A program made the translations under genes and the position numbers. A stretch of DNA of 64,000 bases from a virus (taxonomy: Duplodnaviria; Caudoviricetes), in the IMG/VR virus record IMGVR_UViG_3300044711_000095, positions 18,540 through 82,539 of that record, one strand, 5' to 3'. The number at the start of each line of letters is the position of its first letter. Position 1 is the stretch's first letter. Positions 39,654-49,752 of the stretch are shown piece after piece. Under the pieces are notes generated by a model. That model made no database searches. It was not told the origin of the DNA and saw nothing but the letters and a program-made list of their open reading frames with translations.

Positions 39654-40228
39654 GCGGGTACCGGGGGGCCCTCCTCAACCCGGCGGTGTTCCTCCCGACG
39701 TGGGGCCGGTACGCGGATCGATGGTGGCACCGGGCGTCGTCCTGTCTGGCCACGCTGGAGGGCGCCCACGCCCTGGGGTGGCCGCTGTGGCAGGTCATCT
39801 CCGGGGCGGCGGTCTCGGCGTTCTTCGGCGGGGGGAAGTTCTCACCGGACTGTGACTTGAGGTGGGCAGCGAAGAAGATCGACGCCGCGTTGCCCGACGA
39901 ACGGCTCGGCGGACACGGGCCCCTCGGGCACCATGGGTGGACGCACAGCCCGTGGGTTCCCCTACTCGCCATCGTGGGGATCTACGCCGTCGCGCCGTGG
40001 GCGTGGTTCGCGCTCGCGGGGGCTGCCGCATGGCTCTGGCATGATCTTGGTGATGCTCTGGTCGGCCGTGGCGGGGCGATGATCCCCGCCGGGATACCTC
40101 TCTGGCCCCTGCCGGGCCGGCTAGCGGTCGGGACGTTCAAGTCCGGTGGTTTGACCGGCCGGGTGCTCACGGTCTGCTGCTGGGCATCGATCGGGTGGCA
40201 ACTGTGGTCGTGGAAGGGGGGTGTGTGA
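39650..40228 (+). CDS. YdjM-like membrane metal-dependent hydrolase
   Basis: SPDCD, GHHGWTHS, WHDLGDAL, GIPLWP. Confidence 0.7.
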   Translation: MSGYRGALLNPAVFLPTWGRYADRWWHRASSCLATLEGAHALGWPLWQVISGAAVSAFFGGGKFSPDCDLRWAAKKIDAALPDERLGGHGPLGHHGWTHSPWVPLLAIVGIYAVAPWAWFALAGAAAWLWHDLGDALVGRGGAMIPAGIPLWPLPGRLAVGTFKSGGLTGRVLTVCCWASIGWQLWSWKGGV

Positions 40229-40416
40229 TGGCCGACGGAACCGGTGGCGTCCTCATCGGCGGTGTCCTCGCTGTCCTCGGGGCGCGGTGGGTGTGGAACC
40301 GGGTGATGTTCCCGGTCCGGGTGTGCCCGCCATGTAAGGGCACCGGGGAGATCGTGTCCCCGGACGGGAAGCGGGTCCGGCCGTGCTCGAAGTGCGGGTC
40401 GACGGGCCGGCTGTAG
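40228..40416 (+). CDS. Small membrane-anchored DnaJ-type Zn-finger protein
   Basis: TM then CPPCKGTG...CSKCGSTG. Confidence 0.75.
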   Translation: MADGTGGVLIGGVLAVLGARWVWNRVMFPVRVCPPCKGTGEIVSPDGKRVRPCSKCGSTGRL

Positions 40417-40694
40417 GCCGTACGGGTGGCGGCCCAGCAACCCCCATGATCAACTTGGGAGGATGGTGGGATGCGCACCATCACCCGACGCATCCACGCA
40501 GCGTTCACCGCCGGCCCCAACACCACCCGCGTCGACACCTACATCGCCCTGGCCACCGTCGCGGTCCCCGCGTACACCGCAGCGTGGATCCTGTCCCACT
40601 TCCTCCCCTGACCCCGGACAGCACTGTGCCCCCACCCTCAGGCCACGAGGGTGGGGGCGCAGTCGTTCACCCAGGTACACCAGCAACCAGCGGG

Positions 40695-43546
40695 TTACGT
40701 GCTGGAGCCGCGGGCCGCGCGGCGCCGGGCCACGTGGATCAGTCGGCGGGCGCGGCCGTTCTTCTGGGCGTCCCAGTCGTTCTGGCTCATCGCTGAGATC
40801 GCCTCGTCCAGCGATGTCGCCAGAGCGTCAGCCAGCTCCTGGTCACTGAGCGCGGACTCGATCTTGACGTACGGGTCTTCCATGATTCGATCTCCCAATC
40901 TCGTCGTTACCGGTCAGCGCCCGAAGTGGGGATTGGTCTTCGCGCCGAATATTCCCATGCAGGGATGCCCCGGGCGGGCACCGCAAGTCCTACAGCGGGC
41001 GGTGCAGGGGGCCGGACAGGGCCATGGCTTTCTCCTTCTGGTTGGTTTCACCTGGTTGGTGACTACTCCGATGCCTTGAAGGCGCCGGCTTCTCTTGACG
41101 CGCAAGCGGCATGAAGGGCCAGCCCAGCCCTACCGGGACACCGGTTTCCCGGCGACGGCGGCAGCGACGGCGGCGCGGGCCTGGGGGATGTCCACGACCA
41201 CGTCCCGGCCGTAGTCGACGGTCGGCGCCCAGTCCGGGATGGGGTGGCTGGAGCACGCCGCCCAGTCCAGCTTGGCCGGGTCAGCGCCGGAGAGGGCGCC
41301 CGCGTACAGGTACCTGGTGACCTGCGGCCCATCCCCGGTGTAGTGGGGTCCGCCGGTCCCACACTGGCAGCACCCCTCGGGGATGCCGGCGTAACGGCGG
41401 TCGCGCCAGGTGGCGAGGATGGTCTTGAGAAGGTGCCGCATGGTGGTCTCCCTGGTAGGTGATGGGCTGGTGTGGATCGGCTCAGTGCCAGTTCAAGCCG
41501 GTGATCAGGTCGGCGACGGCGAGGGACGCATGGACCTGGGCCCGCCGCTCGACGGACGCCACGAGCTGCCACAGGTGGGTCTCGGCTGCGTCGTTCCGGC
41601 CGCCGACCGGCACTTGGTCGATGTACGCACGCAGCCGGTCGGACTCGGCGAGCAGACGCTCGGCCTCGGAGCGGTGGCCGAAGTTCGTCATCGCTGCCCC
41701 ATTCGAGGCCGCGCCTGGTAGACGGATGCCGTCCCGCAGGACTTCCGGCCGCTGTCGGTGTGCACCCATCGGGTGCCGTTGCGCTTGATCACGCCGTGGC
41801 AGTGGGCGCACTGCGCCAGTTGGGCCGGAGCGGTCACCGTCCCGCCTCCTGTCGATACTCGGCCCGGATCGCCCGGGTGCACGCGTCCATCGCCCCGGCC
41901 ACGTCGGGGTGGCCAGCGTTCCGCAGCCGGTCCGCCAGGATCTTCCGGCCCAGGGTGACCTCGCTGTCCCAGGCGCCCGGGTCGGGGGCGACCGCCTGCT
42001 GGGCGAGGGCGGTGCGCAGGTACTCGGTCGGCCGGCGGCGCCCCGGCGGGGCGTCCTCGACGGCGGCGAGGATCTGCGCGTCGGTGGGGGTGTTGGTCGT
42101 GGCGCTCATCGGTCCGTCTCCCCGCCCGTGAGGTCGGCCTGCTCCCACATGCCGGGCAGCTCGGCGGCCTGCGTCGCGTCGTCGACCAGGGCCTGGTGCT
42201 CCCCGACGAGGCGGCGCAGGATCTCCAGCGACCCGAGGGACTCGAAGCCGCCGCCGTCGATGAGCTTCCAGGCCAGCGCCGTGCCGGCGTGGGCCTCGGC
42301 GATCTCCAGCACCTGGTCGACGTCCCAGTTGGCGCGGGCCGTCTCGATGACGACGCCATCGTGTGCGACCTCCCAGGGGCCGCCGTCGTCGTCGCGGGTC
42401 ACGGTGTACGGCATCGGTCAGCTTCCCTGCACTTGGTCGGCGATGGCGGCGCGGATGAAGACGACCGATGACGGGTCCACGACGTCGTACTCCACGTCCG
42501 GCCGGATGGTCTCGGTGTCGCCGCCGTGGAACGCCACGGACCAGGTCTGCGAGTCCAGGTACGGCATCGTGATCCGGAAGATCATCCGGGCTCCGCGGTG
42601 GTCCAGACTGTCCAGCCAGTCGGTGAGCTTCAGATCACGGCCGAACGTCTTGCGGATCCGGGTGTACCACTGTGCGTGCTCGGGCAGCGTGGTCACGTCA
42701 ATGCCGGTCGGCAGCGGGTTGTCGATGTACCCGGCGACCGGCGCCGGCACGATGTACGACTGGCCGGGCGGGCACGTGAATACCACGGCCCCGGCGTCGT
42801 CACGGACCACGTACCGGTCGCCCTCGAACGTGGCCTTCAAGGTCAGATGCTGCACGACGGCGGTGACGGCAGCCTCGACCCGCTCCTGGTGCGGCTCGCG
42901 GTCGGTGCCGGTTCCGGGCCACTGGCATCCGTCGCCGGCGGCGTTGCCGCAGATGGGGCAGGCGACGGTGAGGGCGTCGGGGCTGGTCATGGCGTTCTCC
43001 TGAAGATCGATGCGGCAAGAGGGTTTGTTCGGGCGCCCCGGGCTGGAGTCGATCCGGCGCCATCGCGGCGGGGTCTGGGGCTGGCGGGTCAGGCGGAAGC
43101 GGCCCTGGCCGCTTCGAGCTGCTCGGACGAGTCGAACGTCTCGACCACCTTCCGGCTCCCGTCGTCGGCGACCTCCACGATCTCGACGCGGCAGGTGGCT
43201 GCGCGCCCGCCGTCCACGGCAGACAGCGGACCTCGGGCGTGCAGCCGGGCGTCGTGGATGGACGAGGCGACGATGCTGCCGCGCCGCTCGGTGTCCAGTC
43301 CGGCGTCGAAGGTGTAGAGGGCTCGGTGGGTGGAGCGGGAGCCGCGCTTGGCCATCTGTCGGTCCTCCAGGGGGATGATGCGGAGCCAGCGGGTCAGCCG
43401 ATCGGCGTGATGTTCGGGTACAGCGCGCCGACCTCGCGGCCGTGCGCCATCACGTACCGGCCGAGGGCGATGAGCGCCTCGTTCTCCGTGCCGAACTGGC
43501 CGAGCACCTGCGTGTCCTCGTACTCGCCGATCGTCAACTGGAACAT
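40695..43546 (-). CDS. Leftward run of small hypotheticals (40695-40883, 41130-41441, 41482-41691, 41688-41837, 41834-42109, 42106-42414, 42418-42990, 43089-43355, 43394-43546)
   Basis: SD sequences and coupled starts; Zn-finger motif CPICG..C..H.ER in 42418-42990. Confidence 0.6.
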
Positions 43547-43640
43547 GGTGGCCTCCGGTTGGTGCGGGGTGGTTGGTGTGGTTCCACTCTAGCAGGCAAA
43601 AGGATAGACGTCTACCCGGACGTTGTGTTAACCTTGTGCC

Positions 43641-43889
43641 ATGAAGAACCCCACACCCCAGGACCAGGCGCTCCCCGCCCCGCCCAAGGACGTGGCCCAG
43701 ATCCCCGACGCCGCCACCCGCGTCCGCGCCGCCGTCGAAGCCGCCACCCGCGTCCAACACCTCGACAAGGAATACCGCGACATCCGCGACGCCGGCCTCC
43801 GCGAACTCCGCGCCGCCGGGCACACCCTGGCCGCCATCCAGGCCGAGACCGGCGTCAACGTCCACACCGTGAAAGCGATCGTCCGGTGA
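43641..43889 (+). CDS. Small HTH protein, leaderless
   Basis: IRDAGLRELRAAGHTLAAIQAETGV; TAACCT 6 nt before ATG. Confidence 0.7.
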   Translation: MKNPTPQDQALPAPPKDVAQIPDAATRVRAAVEAATRVQHLDKEYRDIRDAGLRELRAAGHTLAAIQAETGVNVHTVKAIVR

Positions 43890-46800
43890 CCGGCCGCCCC
43901 CTCGGCCCGGCGACCATCGCCTACACCGAACTGGTCGCCCGGCTCACCGCCACCTACCGGGCCAACCTCGACGAGGTCGCCCGCGCTGCCTTGGCCGCCG
44001 ACATCGAACGGAACCAGCAGCGGGTCGCCGAGCAGGGCCCGGACTGGCTCCACGACGATCCGGTGCTGCCCATGTTCACCGTGGACGTCGAGCCCAGTCA
44101 CGGAACGGGCGGGCACTTCTGGATGGCCCGCTGCCCCCACTGCCCGACGCCCAGCGGCTACACCGGCCCCGTTCCGGACCAGAACGGCGACCTCCTGCAC
44201 AACACCGAGGAGCAGGCGCGGGAAACCGCTGACCGCCACGAGGCGTGGCACCAGAACCGGGGATGGTAACCGTGGACGTCCGCACCCAAGCGACCATCGA
44301 ACTCTCGAAGGCACTCACCTACCGGGGGCAGCCCGGCACCCGCCGCAAGTACGAGACGGCCCTGCCCCTGGTCCTGGACACGGCCGCTGCCCTGGCCGCC
44401 GTATGCGACGACCCCCGGATGATCCCCGACGCCGTCGAACGGAACAAGGCGAAGGCGCAGATCCTGGACGCCCTCCTCGCCGTCCACACCGACACCCTGT
44501 CCCGCCTCGCCGCCTCATAGGCCGGCGACTCTCCGTACCGGATCAGTAACCCCCGGGCGATAGTGGGAGGTGGAAGGCACGTCCCCAGACCCCGGACGGA
44601 GACCCCACGCATGTGCAGGTACGTCACCGCCAGGCAGCTCGCCAAGGGACCACTCCCACCCGAGCCGCCACCGAAACCCCGCCGCAGGAGGACCACCATG
44701 ACCAGCCCCCCCGAACCACCGTCCGACGCCGACCTCGCCGAAGGCATCGACGAGACATGGCTGACCGCCGAGGGCTCCCCGACCCCGAACCAGAAGGGCC
44801 ACGCCGTCCTCGCGTACCTCCGTAGCCTCGGCTACCACCTGCCTACGAAGGACCGTCCGTGAAGCGCGCCCTGGCCGCGTGGATCCCGGCCCTGGCCCTG
44901 TACACGGTCGGCGTGTGGATGTGCTCCCACGGCGCCACCGGCCCGTCATGGCGGGGTGCCGCGTGGGCTGCGTGGATCCTCTCCGCCGGGATCGCCGCCG
45001 GGTTCGTGGCGGCGTTCTGGACGATGGTCGTGGCGTTCCGGGACGACCCGGGGCCCCAGACCCGTGGGCGGCTGGACCCTGCCGTGTACTCCCAGGACGA
45101 CCGGGACCTGTTCGACGACTGGAGACGCAAGTGAGCCGTATCTACTTTCATTCCCCCACCAACGACGTCGAGGTGTCCGGCACCGAACGTGCATGGATGG
45201 GGTGCCTCACCGACGACATCGGCATGGCCACCCTCGACGGCGACCTCATCCGCCGCATCAGCGAGTTCTGCGACATCACCCTCTACGGGGCCAGCCCCGA
45301 ACAGATCGGACTCAACGCCCGTCTCGCCGAACAGTTCAAACTCGCGTCCCGCTACTCCGGGTTCGACGACGCCGACGACCGCGGGTCCTGCCGCATGGCC
45401 TACCAGGGCCACCCGCTCCGCCCCGGGTCGATCAGCATCAACACGGCCCTCGCCGTCGGGTCGGCGCCCGTCCAGCTCGCGGCCCGCCTCCACAACCAGT
45501 GCGAGATCCACTGCTGGGTCGACGGCCCGAACCGGGCCTGGCTCGCCGACCTCATCGGCACCGGCCTGGACACCGGCGTGTTCCGGGACACCCCCGGCCG
45601 GACTGGCGGGTGGTCCGCTGTCGCCGCGTTCCTCCACGAAACCGACACCGAACCGGCCGTCACGTCGTACAGCGTCTGCGACCAGTTCCCCAACCCGGAC
45701 GCGTCCACGTGGATGCCGGCCTGGCCCGACGGTGTCCCCGAACGGTGGGACGCCCTCGACAAGGCCACCCAGGACGAACGCACCGATCGGAGCGAGGCGT
45801 GGAACGACCTCACCGACGAGGAACAGTGGCGGCACGGCATGGACTGGCTCCGCGCCCAACCCGGCCGCCTCGAACTAGTCCCCGAAGACTTCGGTGCCGC
45901 CAGCCGGTTCGGGTTCGGGGGGAACTCGCTGACCTGGCTGGACTTCGAACAGTCCGACGCCGAGGCCCGGGTCCGCGCGGCCCTCGGCCTGGACCCCACC
46001 ACCTGAACGGGAGCGACCCGCCATGACCTTCGACACGTTCATCCCCGGCATCATCGTCACCGCCACCGTGATCATCCTGATGCCGGTCGTTGCCGCCGCC
46101 GCGACCGTCATCTCCACGACGGCCGACCAGCGTCGGCGCCACCGCGAAGAGTTGGAGCAGCCAATGACCGAGATCGTGGAGTCCGTGGTTCTCGGCATAG
46201 CCGCCGTGTCGGTCGTCGGGGCGACCGCAGACTGCATCGCCTCCTACTTCAAGCGGCGGCGCCGACGCGAAGAGTTGGAGCTGCGGATGCGGGACGCGTT
46301 CTGGTCCCGGCCGACCGGCCCGGACGACCCGACCTGAACAGGCCAGGGACGACCGGGCTGCAGGTGCCCGTCAAGTGCCCTGACCTGCGACGATACCCCG
46401 AAATTCGGTATACTCGACCTAGTCCAGCAAGTGCCCGGCGGGGGCCGGCCTTCCCCGAAAGGACCAGCCCTCGTGCCAAGGATCTACGGTTCGGCTATCT
46501 CCGGCGGCCCCGCCCGCAATGAAACACCTGATCTACCGCTTGCCGCCGTGAAGTATGTCCCCGTCCACCGCGCCCAGGGCGTCGCCCATGCGGTGTCGGG
46601 GTTGGGGGATTCGAACATGCGCCGCCGCCTGCAGGACGTGAAGGAAGCGACCGCCCAACTCGAAGACTTGGGGTACAGGTGGCGGGACGCCCAGGAGTGG
46701 GGCCGGTCGGTCCGGCAGCCGGGTGGCCGGCGCCGGTGGACGGACGCCGACTTGGCGGCACAGAACGTCTCAGTGATCAACGCGTTCGTCGTGAAGGTGC

Positions 46801-47814
46801 TCGCGGATGCTGCGGAGGAGAAAGCCTCATGATCAACACTGCTGCGGGGATCTACACCGGGCAGACCGTCCGCATCCCCCTCCACGACGCCACCATCGGC
46901 GACATCCGGCAATGGCTCGACCAAGTCACCGAACACGGCGGCCCCGACGGTGCCGACGTCTACTACGATCCCCGACTCCACGCCCTCACCTGCGAATGGG
47001 CGCCCGGCGCCGGCGTCGCCGCCACCACCCACGCCAACGTAGCCACCGCCCGAGAGGCGTCCGAGGCCGCGATCCGCACGATGAGCGCCCGAGGAGACCG
47101 GCCATGACCGACCCGGCGGCCCTGCTCGCCCACATCGACGCCGTCCTGGACCCCGACGCCCCCCCGGTCGCCGACATCGGCCACGTCCTGGACGCCCTCG
47201 CCGGGGACTCCGGCGACATGTGCATCGGCCGGTGGATCCCTGAATGGGCCGCCGAGCAGGCAACCATCCGGCCGTCCACGGTCACCGAGTTCCTCGCCAC
47301 CCGCGACACGCTGGCCTGGTCCAGCATGAACTACGACCTGGAGGCTGCCCGCGGTCCCGACCGCCTGAACGCCATCTGGGACGCCGTGTACGGCCCCGCG
47401 GCGGACCCGGACAGCCACGACGTGTACGCCCTGTTCCGGCAGATGCTCACCGCCGCAACCGAGCAGACCCGCGCCGACCGCCCCCACGGCGAAACCGAAC
47501 TCAGGGAACCCGGTGAACGCTCGACCGACACACTGGCCGCCGAACAGTTCGACACCCACCTTGCCGGGTCATCCCTCAACTCGCCCGCCGCCCGGTACAT
47601 CACCGGCGGCATGCGCCCGCCCCACACCGAGACCATCAACCGTGCCGCCGGTGCCAGCGTCTACGAGGCGGCCCCACCAGTGACGTACGAGGACATCGCG
47701 CAGGCCATGAACGCTACCTGGCGGGACACGTGCTGGCTCGAAGCCCCCGACCTGATCGACTACGACCCCGCCACGGCCCGTAGGCGCCTCATCGACGGCA
47801 TCGCCAACGCCTGA
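43886..47814 (+). CDS. Hypotheticals (43886-44269, 44263-44520, 44698-44862, 44859-45134, 45131-46006, 46023-46337, 46473-46832, 46829-47107, 47104-47814)
   Basis: Coupled ORFs with SD sequences and phage-like codon usage. Confidence 0.6.
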
Positions 47815-47832
47815 CCCACCCCGGGAACGCCG

Positions 47833-47872
47833 GAGGCCCGCACAGACTCCCTGAGGGGCCTGTGCGGGCCTC
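47833..47872. terminator. Hairpin between convergent blocks
   Basis: GAGGCCCGCACAG / CTGTGCGGGCCTC 13-bp inverted repeat. Confidence 0.65.
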
Positions 47873-48008
47873 ACGTCCATACCCCAACCAACCCGGGGAG
47901 CACACCGTGGGCGACAGGAAGCCCGGTAGCGCACCGTCCCGTGCAGGGCCCCCGGAGAACCACCAACCGGGGACACCTGCCAGGGTACGTCTCGACCGGT
48001 CCCGGCGA

Positions 48009-48499
48009 CTACCCGGGCCGGGCCAGCTTCCTGCCGTGCCGCGCCCGCAGCCCGGCATCCCGACGGGCCCGGAACACTTCCCGGTCCCGACGCCGCGCCA
48101 CCACCCGCACCTGCGCCGCCGCGAGCTGCGCCGCCACCCGGTCCGACACTTCCACACCGTTGATCGTCTTCATGATCCGATGGTCAGGGACGAAACGGGC
48201 GACGGCAACACTTTTGGCGCAACGTATGTGCTGCCCTAACGGAGCGGCCGGTGGGACAACAGCAGGACCGGGTGCCCATTCGCATCCGTCGGGACCGTCT
48301 CCGCGACCGCCCGGAAGTGACCCCAACACACCGGGCCGTTCACGCGCTCACCGGCCGAGCACTCCGTTTCCACGTACCTGACCGGCGGCCAGTCGCATCC
48401 CGGAGCGGTCGACCCGTCAGGCAAGGTGACGTAGCCGACGCAGGGACTGTCGTCGGACGCCGACACGGCGGGAGCGGCTGCGGGCGTCATGGTGGTCAT
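48009..48499 (-). CDS. Two hypotheticals (48009-48173, 48236-48499)
   Basis: SD-preceded ORFs downstream of the second rep. Confidence 0.5.
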
Positions 48500-48521
48500 T
48501 TCCTTGGTCCTCCTTGTGGGG

Positions 48522-49265
48522 TTAACGGGGCTTCCCGTTGCCGTCGTACTCGTAGATCCCGTGGCTCCCGACGAATCCCTCCCACTGGCCACGGTCCACC
48601 AACTCGGCCATGAAATGGGACGGGTGGTGCGCGCCGTGGTCGTGGCGCAGCGTCCACCAGACCGAGAGCGGGTCATCTTCCCCCTCCTCGGCGCAGATGG
48701 CATGGAGCGCGTTGTAGTCGGCCTGTGCCTCTTGCCGGTCCTTCTCGGTCCACTCGCTGACGTCCTTGGGCGGCTTGCGTGGCTTCTTCGGCGCGCGCGG
48801 ACGCAGTTCGCGCCCGGCAGGCAGCCCAGAGTCCGAAGGACCACAGGACGATTCACTGGACGGTTCATCTGACGGTTCGGCGGACGCCTGCGTCCGGGGA
48901 GGGGATGACGCAGGCGTCCTCCCCCGGGGGATGCCTGCGTCCGGGGGTGTTTCGCGGTGCCGGGTGCTGCGGTCGCACGACGCTGGGCAGGCCAGCAGAA
49001 AGTCATACCGGTTGGGCCGTTCGTACGCGGACATCCCGCTGCTGCCGCCGGCCTGGAGGTGGGTTCGGATCTCGCCCATGGCCTCCAACTCGCGGAGCGC
49101 CTTCCGCACGTTCCGCGGGTCTACCGCCGCGTACTTGGCCAAGGTCGCCAGCGAGGGCCACGCCCCGCCGTCACCGTGGTGGTTCGCGATTCCGAGCAGA
49201 ACGAGCTTGGCCGAACCGCGCGCGCGGGAGTGGTGCAGGGCGATGGTCATGGCTTCGATGCTCAC
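48522..49265 (-). CDS. Second Rep-like wHTH (HTH_36-type) protein
   Basis: MSIEAMTIALHHSRARGSAKLVLLGIANH..AWPSLATLAKY..RNVRKALRELE..PNRY; EPSDEPS linker. Confidence 0.8.
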   Translation of the reverse strand: MSIEAMTIALHHSRARGSAKLVLLGIANHHGDGGAWPSLATLAKYAAVDPRNVRKALRELEAMGEIRTHLQAGGSSGMSAYERPNRYDFLLACPASCDRSTRHRETPPDAGIPRGRTPASSPPRTQASAEPSDEPSSESSCGPSDSGLPAGRELRPRAPKKPRKPPKDVSEWTEKDRQEAQADYNALHAICAEEGEDDPLSVWWTLRHDHGAHHPSHFMAELVDRGQWEGFVGSHGIYEYDGNGKPR

Positions 49266-49493
49266 GACGGCCGCCGCTCAACCGGACAGCCGGGGTTACC
49301 AAGACTTGCGAGGGATGCGACACTGGTAGCCACACCGCCTCCCTTCTGCTCACGACAGATGAGTGGCCCCCGGCCCTCGACCGTTTCCCCCGGTCGAGGG
49401 CCAAGCTTTTGCCCCATAGTACCCCCTGCGGCCAGCGAAGACACGCGCCGATCGACTAGACAAGTAGACACCGTCTCGTCTAGTCTGGTAGAC

Positions 49494-49727
49494 ATGACCC
49501 CAGAACAAGAGAAGATCCTGCGGGCCATCAAGTCGGCCATGGCCGGCATCGACAGAGCAGAGGGCAAGCTCGACCGCCTCCTGCACGAGGCCCGCCAAGC
49601 CAAGATCCCGCTCCGCACGATCGGGGCCACTCTCGGTGTGAATCACCAGACAGTGGTCAACCGGATCACGCGGGCGGCTGACCTCAAGCCCGCCAGCAAG
49701 ACACCCGATACACCAACCACCACCTGA
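49494..49727 (+). CDS. Small HTH protein, leaderless
   Basis: LLHEARQAKIPLRTIGATLGVNHQTV; TAGACA...TAGTCT 7 nt before ATG. Confidence 0.7.
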   Translation: MTPEQEKILRAIKSAMAGIDRAEGKLDRLLHEARQAKIPLRTIGATLGVNHQTVVNRITRAADLKPASKTPDTPTTT

Positions 49728-49752
49728 CCACCCACCACCAGGAGCAGCAGCC

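Noticed and set aside
33414-40416. Complete integrated AICE
   Set aside because: No integrase, RepSA/RepAM or att repeats found adjacent; only the transfer module is supported
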